Shown in pieces: positions 48,971 through 61,540 of a DNA stretch of 64,000 nucleotides; within the stretch, counting starts at the first letter, position 1, and every line of letters begins with the position of its first letter. The position numbers were made by a program, and so were the translations under genes. Under the pieces are notes generated by a model. It was not told the origin of the DNA, made no database searches, and saw only the letters and a list, made by a program, of their open reading frames with translations. This stretch comes from Callorhinchus milii (lineage: Eukaryota), in the NCBI RefSeq assembly GCF_018977255.1, contig NW_024704824.1, positions 124,001 to 188,000 on the forward strand, read 5' to 3'.

Positions 48971-51900
48971 AAGGTCTATCTGCACTACAAGAAGGATCCC
49001 TATAACTGATTGACGTAGATACATGATTTATACCGTACCAGAAAGTTATTGCCCCTGGGAGTGACATGGGCAGATTTGTTTTTGTGTATCTCGTATCATT
49101 CATCAGTTATTTACAGTTTTGTGTGATTGCTGTAGTTACACCTCGTGGCCACCGAGTCAAAGTGGCGCCGTGGGATCGTGCATCACAGAGCACCAACGAA
49201 CACACTGCAGTTACACCTGGTGGCCACGCCGTGGCGCTGTGGCATTCTTAGCACAGGCAAGCGGCAGGAACAAAATAAAGAACACAGACGAAGCTAAGCC
49301 GCGGCAACAGCAACAAAATTACATTTTTATAACACCGAGTCCTCCCAAATGGTGTCCTCCCACAGGAGTCCTCCCACATGAAGTAATAAAGATGAAATGT
49401 CTGTCTGTGGGTGAATCTACATTCCATATTGGATCCTTTGGTTGCAAGTGAAGCTGCAACGGGTACAGCTCGTTATTCAATGAGGTAGAAAACAAACCAC
49501 TAAAGGCCTGTGAGTTCCAAAGAGTTTAATGGTAATGGTGGGGCAGATAGAGCAGCGGGATATGAAACAGGCGATTGTCACTGAGCAAAGGGAGCAGCCG
49601 GTCACTGTGGTTGAAGGAAATCGCAGAGGGAAGTGAGGAAAGTGCTTGAAAGAAGTTACTTAAGGGGACTTTACTACATTTCAAAGTGAAGTATCCGAAG
49701 TGTTTAGAAACGTTCTCCAGACGTGAAAGAAACTGCCAAATAGAACGAGTTTTATGTATTAATATGACTATATTCTGCCATCTCTGATTTACCAATCACA
49801 GCCACTTGAGGTGACCCAACAGCTGCTGTTGCTGTTGGTGTGAAGGGGAATAATGTATGAAAGGTCCGGCTGTGGGCCCCACGGTGTGAGAGCAGGAAGC
49901 TGCTCACTGACTGACTGCACACAATCACAGCTGCTTCCTGACAGTTGTGCTCTGAGTTTCTGCCCCACCTGAAGGCGGTGTGAATCATTCTGTGTGAAGC
50001 GTCTTTCAAGCAAGAAGACTTTAGATATAAAAAGCAGTAACTTGTTTAGCATTTTGCTCATGAGCTGTTCTGCAACATGAACTATTCCATCACATCCACA
50101 AACAATCATTTCCTGTAAACTCGAAGTCTTGAATAGCAAATAACAAAAATAAACCCCAAACAATATAGAAATATAAAGACAGAGAACTCTCCATCATTTC
50201 TATTGTTTGCTGAGTAAAGTCAGCGCCTCTTAATTACTGTGTATGTAAGAATACGACAAACGATGCAGAAAATGTGTTGACAAAGGCAACCGGGCAATAA
50301 GAAGTGATATCACAAGCTGAGTGTAAGAGGCACTGCATATTATTCTCTGGGTGATTAGGCTGTATATCTGTGCCACATTACACCAGCGATGCACTGCACA
50401 ATATTAACTCCACTGTTCAGGTACTCCAACACTTGGTGCGGTTTTCACATTGAGACTGTGTGAACATAGGAATGAACAGCCTAATGAGGCCATAGACACA
50501 GTTATTTGGGCCGTTGGGAAGAGGGAAGAACTGATATTTAATAAGTCAGGACATGAAGGTACATGGAGACAAAGCTGAGAAATGGACTGAGAGAGAATTG
50601 CCACAGAAGCCATTGCGGCTCCAGCGGCCTTGGCCTTTCCCTAAATGTAACAGGAAACACTATTATCTACTGAGCGCGACAGACTCTCAATAAACCCAAA
50701 ACACATTAATGCAGAAAAATACTTTGGCACTTCTTCCCTACACATCACCGAGAGACTGATCACCAAGATTGTCCTCAAATTCAGCAAATAAACACCTTGT
50801 TCTTTTCATGAAAATGTGTCTGGAATAACAACCATTAATAAATTGATTTTAAAAAGATAACTTTATTATATTTTACTTCACATTCCATCAAAGTCGGAGT
50901 ATTTTGTGAAGTGGCCACACACGGAGCTGTTCTGTGTCCTGTTGTTTTTCAGCCGTTACAATGATTATTTCCCGACGTTTGAGATTTATGTTGTGCTCTG
51001 ACAGGTTTGCTGTAAGATCGCAGCTCTTGTAGACCTTGTACAGGTTCCAGATCCAGTGCCCAAAGGAGAATTCAGGAATCAGTGGCTCCTCATGTCTCAC
51101 TGCAGCCGATTGTTTCAGTTCAGGATTTCAATGTCAAACAGAAGCTTTTCACTGGGAATTATCTGTTGGTTTCTGATTGTATTGATCGGAATATCGGAGT
51201 CAGTGAATGTTATACCCTACAGCCTGTGCGCTTTGATCAGATCTAATGCTGGGACTTTCCTACTGATCAACGTTACTTGTGTGACTGTGCAATGGGCCAC
51301 AGAGAATTACACACCAGAAAGGTGCAAACTCCTCAAACAACAAAGCACAAACACAGAGATTTACTCCCAGACCAGGTGGTGTGTTCATGTTGGGACTCTG
51401 AGATCACAACACTGACTGATATTCCCAGACATTAATCCAAGTCCACTCTCCCGGGTCAGGCGGCTTGGAATATCCTATGACAGTAATTGTATAAGGTAAA
51501 ATATGTTTAGTTGTTTTACCAGCAATAATCCCGGAGATAATTGGAGCATCAGCAGAGTCCGGAGCACAACACACGGTGTCTGATGAGAATCCCTGTTACA
51601 CTCTCGCTCGCAGTTACTGAAAGCTGCCGCGATACTGGAGCTGTGGCAAAGTGGCACTGAAACCATTTCTGATCGAAGCTTCATTTATTTCTTTCCAGTT
51701 TTCTTCACCTCTTGTCCTGAAAGAGTGTGATTGCTCTGACATTACACTGGGCTCCCATTCCACCAGCACTCGCCGGCTTCTCACCGAAGAGGACATTTCA
51801 TGCCTGGTTTGAAATCATGAGCCATATATTCTGTGAAAGCTTTGAGACGTCTTGAAGATGTGAACAGGTGCTCTATCAAATACAAGGATTATTATTATAT

Positions 51901-52560
51901 TATTATGTCTTGATGCCCACGTGGGACATGGAATCAGGATTGGAAGACAAGAATGGGACAATCATTTACAGGAGATCAGAACATGCAAAACAGGAAATAA
52001 TGAATTTTGAATCTGGTACAATATTATTTTTTACCCCAAAAAACAAGTCACTACACATTATATCATTGTGTAAAGTGGCTTGAGATGTTTCAATGACATG
52101 ATAAGGATTATGTCAAATGCAAGGATTATTAAATAATAATATCATATAAGAAATGAGAAAATCAGAATTACAGGATGAAAATAAAGTCCATCTGGTTCCC
52201 CCACCACCCTGGCAGTCGCATGCATGTCATGTCCTAAACATATATGTGTCGCACAATATTATTTGCAGAAAGTAACCTCTCATTTATTTTTACAAGAATC
52301 AACATTTTCAGCTTCTATCATCTCTCCCCCCTTTACAGTCGCTCACTGAAATAGTGTGAACGCAGATTTGTTTTGAATTTCCCGCCTCCTCCACACACAC
52401 TGCAAACACACACACACTCAGAAACATTGAAGGAAGGAATTTGCGATGCTTCAGGGTCAGCGCGAGGGCTAATACTATTGAGACTTATATTAATATTAAT
52501 TTGCTGTAAAGGCAGAATGTAAAGGTACAGTTATTGCTGTGTGCAGGTCAGAGGGAATGT

Positions 52561-52632
52561 GACACGTGACTCCCCTCAGTCCTGCAGCTATTGGTGGGTT
52601 CTCCACCCCCTGCCCCACTGCCCCGTTATATA
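52561..52632 (+). promoter_or_regulatory. VH promoter, cluster 3 (E-box, inverted CCAAT, TATA-like)
   Basis: CACGTG 52563-68, ATTGG 52590-94, TTATATA 52626-32; ATG at 52724. Confidence 0.6.
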
Positions 52633-52723
52633 GCGGTCACTGGGGACTGAGGCCATCTGTCCGGCAGCTCTTTGGCCCTCGGTTATTCGGCTCCAGTCTC
52701 AGTTCTGACAAGTGCCCAGAAAC

Positions 52724-53190
52724 ATGAGGTCCCTGATTTCTCTCAGTCTGCTGCTGGCTGTCTTCTCCCGTGAGTGCTATTATTCTGACAGTCTCACTCT
52801 TCCTGTGTCGGTCTTATTCTCTCTGCAATGTCACAGAGACGGGAGGTTTCACAGTCATTAATCTTCGGTCATTTATTCTTTACAGGTGTCCAGGCCGAGG
52901 TGGTGCTGACACAGCCGCCGTCTCTAACCGGGAAACCTGGCCATCCCCTGAGACTGACCTGTAAAACCAGTGGGTTTAATCTCAGCAGCTACTACATGAG
53001 CTGGGTCCGGCAGGTTCCCGGGAAGGGGCTGGAATGGCTCCTCATTATTACAGCTCATCCAACAATGGTTTCGCGCCTGGGATTGAAGACCGTGTCACTG
53101 TCATCAAAGAGAATTCCAATAACATCTTCGATTTGATCATCAAAAGCCCGAGAGTGGACGACACCGCCATCTATTACTGTGCGAGAGAGT
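52724..53190 (+). pseudogene. IGHV: IgM VH of cluster 3 (leader 52724-52769, V exon 52886-53190) with a single 1-bp deletion
   Basis: MRSLISLSLLLAVFS|(R)[52 protein letters not shown], then a missing G at 53045/53046 (ctcat-tat vs ctcatgtat in cluster 1) giving TGA at 53134-36. The +1 frame continues [17 protein letters not shown]...DDTAIYYCARE. Confidence 0.9.
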
Positions 53191-53229
53191 CACAGTGAGA
53201 GGAAACGGGGCTGAACTCCTACAAATACA
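53191..53229 (+). promoter_or_regulatory. V 3' RSS (23-bp spacer), cluster 3
   Basis: cacagtg-23-acaaataca. Confidence 0.93.
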
Positions 53230-53642
53230 CAAGGGGAGGAAAGGCGGCCCCTCCCACCCTAAACTGCCTGACAGTCATGGTGTCAATGCTGTGTCTGGAG
53301 CGAAGATTAAAGGAAAAGCTTCAAATGGATTTCTTCTCATGTTAAACCTACACAGTGAGTCGTGGTTTGATGGGGCGAATGATCTGCTTATTGGTGCTGT
53401 AATATTCTGGGATTTCAGTTGGTAAGTGACACTGTGCTGTTTGAGGCGGGAAGGACTGCGATTGGAGACTGGCGATGTGACGGTTCACAGATATCCTCTT
53501 GTTACAAACTGAGCTGTTGGAGAGATTTGTTTTCTGTTTCTGTGGCTATGAAGAAAGTATTAGATAGACTCGATGTCATGTCACAGGGGAATAGGCCATT
53601 TCAGTGAATTTTGGCAGCCAGTGTTGAGCAGACATTGAGGGC

Positions 53643-53720
53643 AGTATTTGTATGGGACTGTGTCACTGTGTATACAGTGGGTCACAATGCTGCACACAGC
53701 CATCTCCTCATACAAAAACC
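53643..53720 (+). other. IgH D1 segment of cluster 3 with 12/22 RSS
   Basis: agtatttgt-12-cactgtg[tatacagtgggt 53671-82]cacaatg-22-acaaaaacc. Confidence 0.92.
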
Positions 53721-54032
53721 CGAGCCAGAGAGGCTGCTCACCCCTGTCATCACTGAAACATCCACAGCCTCCAAATAAATGTTACAGAGAGTGGATCCTT
53801 CTCATAAATGACCTGGTATTTAACAGATGAATTCAGAATGATTTAGATTACAGGACGGCATTAAACAAGACTGACGTCTGTGGAGCTGCTTTAACATTAA
53901 TCCAAAGTCTCTAATAAACATAAGGATTTATTCTGACTGAAACATCACATGAAGCCTCACTGGTGAATCTGAGCTGAGGTCCAGTCAGTGTCTGATATTC
54001 CAGTCAATATTTGTTAGTTTATCCTGTGCAGG

Positions 54033-54098
54033 AGTTTGTGTCACAGTGTGTATCACTGTGATACTGGAGCCACAGCATTAACTGTCAATACAAAAACC
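54033..54098 (+). other. IgH D2 segment of cluster 3 with 12/12 RSS
   Basis: agtttgtgt-12-cactgtg[atactggagc 54061-70]cacagca-12-acaaaaacc. Confidence 0.92.
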
Positions 54099-54433
54099 CT
54101 TCAACACCAAACCAGCTCATGTCTCTCACTGTTCGCTTGTGTGGCCACTTAATGTGCAGGGATTTGGTATGTTTAAAATGCCGCCTTCCACTGAGGATTT
54201 TACCAGATTTTAATCGACATAAAACATAACATTTCATCTTCAATCTGTTGGTGACAAGAAAAGGTGTTTGACATGAACACAGCAAACTGGCAAAGACACA
54301 AACATTTAACAGGTCAACACAGAGCCGGGCAATAGTGTTCAGAACATTACAGAAATATATCGTGACCTGCATTTGGTTTGGGGGAGTCAACATTTACAAT
54401 AATATTGTGTTGGTGTGTCCTGCCCGCACAGCA

Positions 54434-54520
54434 GGTTGTTGCAGTGGGCAGCCCACTGACTGGAGCACAGTGACTACCTCGACTACTGGGGACAAGGCAC
54501 CATGATGACGGTGACTAATG
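54434..54520 (+). CDS. IGHJ: JH segment (coding 54473-54520) with 5' 23-RSS
   Basis: ggttgttgc-23-cacagtg, then YLDYWGQGTMMTVTN and a GTAAG donor at 54521. Confidence 0.95.
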
Positions 54521-57500
54521 GTAAGAAACACACACTTACTCACTCACAATGCTGACATTGTTTTATATGTTTGTTTGATTCACTTTAACAACTATTTGCT
54601 GTAATGAATTCCGCGTTGCCAGGCTATCTCGCAGTTTAATGTATGTTAAAGGGGTTTCCCTGATATCGCTTTCAACAGCCACTGTTGATTTATGGATTAT
54701 TCTCTCAATGTTTAGTTCATTGTTGGTGATATTTTTGGTGGTTAGTGAATGTACAGCTGAGGTTACACTGACGGTCTTTGTGCAATGTCTGATCGCGGTG
54801 ACTGGCGGTGGGTAGTTTTCGGGTATAATGTCGTCAGGAATAGTATGAAAGTGTTTGAATCTATGCCCACGTGTTGGGAATCAGGGCCGGAATGTTGTTG
54901 GATGAGCGATGGGAAGGTTATCTGATCGATTCCAATATGTATTTCAATCCTTTATTTAACATAAGGACCGCGGCTGCAGTTTAAAGTGTCTCAATCTGGG
55001 GGAGGGGGTGAGTCTGAGAGTAAAGTGGGTTTATACTGCTGGGATGTGATTGTAAACACAGCAGCTCAATCTGCACGGATGTTACAGCAATAATAGTGAA
55101 GGTTTTTATTTTAATTAATATCAGCATTAATGTGCTGCTCACAGTCTCGTTGCCTCAGTTGCCCCTCACACCAGTCATGGTTTAGTCAGCGAGAGTGAGA
55201 GCTCAGACTTGATTTCAATTGATTTGAACAGCAATCGAGTGAACATGACCGCACTTCCTCACAGTGCACAGACACAAGAGGTCGCTGCGGATCTATAATC
55301 ATCAGCTTCCTGTTTTACACAAAATGATCTGCAGAAAAAAAATGTTAAATTTGTTGATTTTCAAAAAACAAATGGTAAACTCTGAATCACACACTGCAAT
55401 GTAACAGATCCAGTTGTTTATGAGATGTTTAACACACAGCGACACTGGTCACTGACACCAAACTAATGATATCAGAACTGATCAGCTCCAACTCCAGAGT
55501 CGGTAGAGATGAGGGTGAAAGGAATGAGTTTGTCATTTGACTGTAAATACATGATTTAGTTATTCTGTGTAAATAACTGTTTGAGCTGCAGGGAATTGTG
55601 ACTGTGAGTTACATTGCACAATGTACAATGCTTCACGTGTGATGTGGAAGGAGAGTGTGTGAAGCTGCTGTGCAGTTACTGAGAGCTTCAGCTGAGAGAG
55701 AGACAACATGGAGCGACCTGTGGCTTATTGGATGGAAAGAGTTTGTGTTTGAGATGTGAGGGTTCAGGCTGTGATGGTGTGTGAGACCTGATTAACCGGC
55801 ATTGAGCAGTGTAATAGCAAATGGCTGAACCGGGATATCTCACTGTGTGGAGAGCGGCTGGGAGTCGGGTTCATGTTTAACCCTCAGATCGAGGGGTAGG
55901 AAAGAGCAATGTGAAGGTTTGTTTTCATCAATATCTTCCCAGAGGCCGAGAAATTCACTTCCTCTCAGTCTGTGAGGAGACCATTTGTGGTACAGTGTAA
56001 AATTGTGCAGAATTATGAATAGTTTCTTCAATTCAGTGTTATATTCCACAATATCAATATAAAAGTGCTTTGCTCCTTAGTCAATGCAGCGTCACTGACA
56101 TCAAACCCCCGGACAGAGACCTCTGTCTTTATTCAACTATTTAAGAGCCGATGTGTAACACATACTCCAAAATATGCTGTAAACACCTGTGTCCCCATTC
56201 AGTGCAGGGCCAGCGGCTGCTGCAGGTTCCGCTGATCCCAATCACAAGTCAGACAGGATTCCCTGTGCGAGGCGTGTCCTGGGCACAGCACTGATTACAC
56301 TCCTTCATTCCTCAGGTCAACCACTGAATCTGCCCATTATCAGTCAGGCTCTGCCAGTGTGAAGCGCTCTGAGACGCTGCCCTGCGTGGAGGGCGCTATA
56401 TAAGTGCAAGTTGTTGTATTATTGGGTCTCTCTAGTTTTGTAGCTGAAAGAGTTAATATTGACCGTAATCCATCATTATTCAGACAATCAGGAATATACT
56501 ATTTTAACCCCAACACAGTGGCTGTCAGGTGGGAAATTGTCTGTGGCAATTCTGTCACCAATCTGAACAGAATAAATTGTTTTAGTAAATGTCAGAACCA
56601 AAAAGTCTCAATGTTTAAATTTTCAGACGATTGTTATGACAATATAAGATTATCCGGAGGTTTGAATATTCTTGAAATAAATATTTATTGGCAAATTAAA
56701 CAGAAGATTTGGAAATCAAAGCAACATTTTAATTAACATTTAATTAATTAAGCAACATTTTAATTTCAGCTGCTTTTCAAAAAGCCACAATAGACCCTAC
56801 ATTTTAAAGCCTTGTTGCTCGGAGAAAGAACTGTGAATATTTTAGTCTGAGAGGGTTTAGAATGACATTATAATCACAGGGACACTGTCTGACTCTCTGT
56901 GTTTCTAAACTTAAACTGGTCACGTGGTGACTTGAAGCTGCTTCGCAGACGATGCAGTCGAGGCTTTGCTGTGTAGATTAGCAGTTTCTCTCTCACACAG
57001 ACAGTCACAGCTGAACAACATTATTGGGATCTGAAATTTAAACCGGATTTACATTTAAACAGCCAAATGTGTCACCTTGGAGCCAATTCAGCTCCTGCTC
57101 CCCGCCCCCCAGGAAGATAGTTCAGCTCTATCCGGAGATTCATTTTATCCTGAAACTGCGCCTCCATTTTTTTCTGGAAATACAAATTCAGACTAACATT
57201 GTTGTCAAGAATTCAGTAACAATTAGAGAAATTCCTGCTCCGACTGTCTCTTACAGAAAGCTCCGCCCACCACTCTCACCTCTCCTCTCAAACTCTGAGA
57301 GGATCATTATTCTATAAATAATAATAATAATAATCCCTGCATTTGACCAATTTATTATTGTTTTGTTTTTGAGGGATTATTATTAGGAGTGTGGAGTTAG
57401 GAAACTTGCCCGGTTTACACAGTTATTTGACACTAATTTTGTTCTGCACCATGTCCGGGTGTCTTTAACATTACCTTTCCTCTGCTGGAGAAACGCCGCC

Positions 57501-57609
57501 CTCCTAAAGATCATCAAGTGGATGACCAGTTGGGCAGGTGATACACATCGCACTAAACACAGTTTTTCTTACACAAAAACTGTGACAAAGATTACAAGTA
57601 CATTACATA

Positions 57610-57790
57610 AGAACATAAGAATTAGGAGCAGGAGTAGGCCATTCGGCCCCTCGAGCTGCTCCGCCATTTGATAAGGTCACGGCTGATCTTCAGACCTAAC
57701 TCTAATTACCTGCCCTATCCCCATATCCGCTAATCCCTCTATTTTTTTAAAAATCTCTCAGTCTCAGCCTTGAAGATGTTCATTAAGAAT
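57610..57790 (-). mobile_element. Short CR1 3'-end insertion
   Basis: Reverse complement of 31847-32026. Confidence 0.85.
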
Positions 57791-58299
57791 ACTTTACTCC
57801 TTAAATGTCATCTGTGAAAGCCTTGTTCTCAGCCACGACTCCAGCCAGCACGCACACACAGGTACGCACACACAGGTACGCACACACAGGTACGCACACA
57901 CTCACGCACACAAAAATAACATAATAATCATTGCTTTAGGTGCAGTGCCTATCACGGTGGTGAGACGTCTCAAAGCGCTTCATAGGATATAATGTAATGT
58001 GGATTGACTGTACTTTGTGGGAAAACACAGAAGCCGTTTGAGCAAAATAATGTCCCACCAACACACGTAGAGTGATTGGTCAATTTTATATAGGTGACTG
58101 TTGACCAGGACAACAGGAGAGAGAGAGGGAGAGAGATACTGACTTCTGTTTTTGAATAGTGCCATGAGATCTTTAACGTGGAATTGATGGCAGACGGGGC
58201 CTTGGTTTAACACCTCAATACGTTTATACACACACCACACACACACACACACTCAAACACACACACATACACACATATATACATACATGTATACATTAT

Positions 58300-58604
58300 A
58301 ATACTTGCATTTCATATTGTGCTTTTCAAATCTTTGAGACATCTAAAAGCGCTTCACAGTATAATGTAAAATGAATTGACTGTATATTTGTGGGATAAAC
58401 ACGGCAACCAATTGGGTACAGGAGTTTCCCACAAACAGTCGTGCATTGAAATAACCAATTTTATTTTAATTTTTTTCTTGAGGCATCATTATCAGGCGGG
58501 TGGGGTAAGGAAACGTTCCCAAGGTTTCACCCTGACGGAAACCGAACCCAAGTCTCTCGATTGTGAGGCGTGTGCTCTAACTACTGAGCCACAGGACTTC
58601 TACT
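58300..58604 (-). mobile_element. tRNA-headed SINE with L2-type tail
   Basis: Reverse complement of 31052-31356. Confidence 0.8.
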
Positions 58605-58795
58605 CATACAGGAGACATAAACAGATACACACACACACACACATACAGACACATATCTATGTGCACGTATGAAGATACATAAATGCATATATACTGATAT
58701 TGATTTGGGTCACAGGTTTATTTTAGTTTATCTGTGTGTCTGACCAAATTGCAGAAAAGCAGAACCTCAAATCTAACTTTCTTCTTGGTTTCCAG

Positions 58796-59098
58796 CTGTA
58801 ACTACTCCTCCCAGTCTTTACGCCCTGCTGCCATACTGTGGACAATCCTCTTCTGGAGGCTCAGTGACTGTTGGGTGTCTGGCCTCCAGCTACAGCCCCG
58901 ATCCCGCCATCTTCACCTGGAGATCAAATACAAATCCCATCACTGACCAAGTCGAGACTTATCCCTCAGTGCTCAACAAGAACGGTCTCTACACTCTGAG
59001 CAGCCAGTTAACAATCGCTGAATCCCAGCTGGGCAGCATCTATTGTAAGGTTGCACATAAAAGCAATACCTGGTCAGCCGTGGAAATCCTCGTGCCAG
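58796..59098 (+). CDS. IGHM: IgM cluster 3 Cmu1 exon
   Basis: 303 nt, phase 1/1; C1-set Cys/Trp/Cys plus the extra N-terminal Cys (LLPYCG) expected for L-chain pairing. Confidence 0.95.
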
Positions 59099-59730
59099 GT
59101 CAGTGTTGTTCGCCAACGTACAGGACAATCAAACATGTTGCTCCCATATCATTCAGTGTAGAACACTCAACATTGTAGGTGTGGGTATGTCACTTTTCTT
59201 CACCAGGTTATGTGAGCACTCCCATCACAGAGAATCTGCAATGTCCTGATGATGTTACCCTCATTTCCCAAGTGCTGCGTTACCCGGAGATAATGGGCAC
59301 AAATGAACAGATAGAAAGGACTCCAACCAGTTCAGTTGGACCAGGGAAGATAGGGGAGCAGCCTGACAAGAAACAGACACAACACAAACTAGAGAGAGGG
59401 AAGGTGGGACTCTGAGAAGGAGAGCGAGCGAGCTTTGGAGAGCAAGGATTGAGCAATGCTCAACGATAGGCAACATGGCAGGGAAGAATAGAAGAGTTTT
59501 CAACTTTAAGCCCACTTTAGAGTCGAGTGCAATATATCAGATGGAATGATTGAGAACATTGCAATGTTTATCTTTGTAAAGATAGTTGGAAGATTGAAAG
59601 AGTTAAATCAATAAGAGAGGAGTTTCCAAACCGTGACTGAGATCAATGTTTATTTCAATATGAATATCAATTGCACCACAAAAAATATTTCAATCGAACA
59701 AAACATAACCTATTTTTCAATATCCTGCAG

Positions 59731-60051
59731 ATCTCCCGTCACCGTTGCCCCCAGTTGTTATCCTCACACAGTTTTCCCCGGAGGACATCGCAATGCACAA
59801 ACCGACCACTGCTATCTGCTTCATATACGGTTTCCGTCCGGACAGTCTCAGTGTTGAGTGGCTGAAGGACTGGCAGCCCATACACTCAGGTGTTGTGACC
59901 TCTCCCTCGGTTGAAAACAATGGGACATTCAGCACCAGCAGCCGTCTGACTGTCACCGCCAGAGAGGGGAAGAGCGACTCGGTTTACACCTGCAAGGTGA
60001 CCCATCAGCCCTCCCACACCATCACTGTCAAGAACATCACCAAGTGCCCAG
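59731..60051 (+). CDS. IGHM: IgM cluster 3 Cmu2 exon
   Basis: 321 nt, ctgcag acceptor and gtagg donor; ends NITKCP. Confidence 0.95.
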
Positions 60052-60747
60052 GTAGGAGGCACAGCACCAGCTGATACACACGCCAACAACAGGGCTCTCA
60101 GTTTCCTTGCAAATGTCCACTTGTGGGAGCTCTGGGGCACTTTGGGTTGAGCTCCTTTTGTATATTTCATTGGGATCAATGCACATGTGAGCCTTGAACC
60201 AAAGTTTATGGATGTGTACAACATGAGGAAATCGGTACCCGATCCTCACTGTGTTATCAGGAGATGGCCAGGCAGCCGCACTGTGTGGCTCTGTTTCTGA
60301 TCTGCTGCTCAAGGGGAGATCTGCATCTCTCACAGGTCCACGTGACTGTGGCTGTAATTCCCATATTCCACCCTCTTCCTCCACGTCTACTTTCACTGAA
60401 CTTCCTGATCACAAACAGTCAATTTGGTCACTCCGCGCAGATATGCAGTGAATCGCAGACTGCAGAGTTACAACTCATCCAATGTATATGTTTAATGCTG
60501 AATTGTTGTCAGTCGGAGGGAATTGGAAATCAATCGGCCAAATATCACGCAGTGTTTCAGAAAAGATTGTTCATCTTTCCATTAAATCATTTCAATACCA
60601 ACTGATAATTCTGTTAGGAAACCGCGGTGTGTGTTCAGCTCACCCAGAACGTGAGAATATTCATGGACAGTATTGCTTAACTTCATCAAATATGAAATCC
60701 TGGATATTGGCTGTTCTTTGGGTTTCAAGTTTCTTTTCCTTTTCTAG

Positions 60748-61056
60748 ATTGTCCGCCTGTTGAACCTGTCAAGGTCTCTTTCCTGCCGCCTTCACCGAAA
60801 CAGGTTTTGATGGAACCCATTGTAACGCTGACATGTGTCGTGGCGAATGCACCACATGACGTCAACGTGACTTGGACACAAGAACAGACACATTTACAGT
60901 CTGGATATGGAAAACCATCTGCCACTGGGCCTCAGGAAGTGATCAGTAAACTAAACATTTCTACACAAGACTGGACCGGTGGAAAAGTATACTTCTGCAT
61001 TGTCAGCCATGACGATATACCGACTCCCATCAGAAAAAAGATATTTAAGGAGCCCG
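60748..61056 (+). CDS. IGHM: IgM cluster 3 Cmu3 exon
   Basis: 309 nt; (D)CPPVEPVKVSFLPPSPKQ...TLTCVV...VTW...DW..G..YFCIVSHDDIPTP; gtgag donor. Confidence 0.95.
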
Positions 61057-61540
61057 GTGAGCATCCAAGTTCAGGATATAAACCATTTATTTGTTTATTG
61101 TAATTTCATAATATAGACAACAGATACAATTGTGAAAACAATTATAAATTGTCTGTTTCTGTTTTTAATTCTGTCGATAGATTTGTCACATCTAACAAAT
61201 GCCGAAAAATATTTATTGATATAAACTGATAAGCAGATCCTCTGACATGAATAATATAAAAAATAACTTCATCATTACACCTGAGGATATTTTAACAGGT
61301 TTTCGTGGAGCAAAGGAAGCCACATCTAAGCCACTGAGCGCAAATCAAGTTAATCCCAAATTCTGTTGGGAGTTTTCAATCCACTCCAGTGTTCCCAGCC
61401 ACACCAACAATTATAAACCACTGCGCACAGACTGAGCAGAGACACACTTTACTCTCAGCTTGTTCAGCGGTATCTTGTGCTTGAAGGCTTTCTCTGATTG
61501 ACGGCATCAGTGTATTGATTTGATTTTATTGTTTCCACAG

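Noticed and set aside
22440-51800. Recurrent 60-125-aa ORFs (e.g. at 23055, 34512, 49789)
   Set aside because: They are non-coding upstream sequence repeated by cluster duplication; stops and frames differ between copies and no domain is recognisable.
20215-54520. Germline-joined VD/VDJ genes
   Set aside because: V, D1, D2 and J are separate and RSS-flanked wherever present.
55260-55272. RAG-mediated origin of the 2,008-bp intron deletion (a perfect cacagtg lies next to the breakpoint)
   Set aside because: The break is 6 nt 3' of the heptamer rather than at its 5' edge, and no nonamer or partner RSS is evident.
59960-59975. Gly in place of the usual C-domain Trp (AREGKSD) in Cmu2
   Set aside because: It is shared by clusters 2 and 3 and cannot be judged deleterious or native without orthologues.
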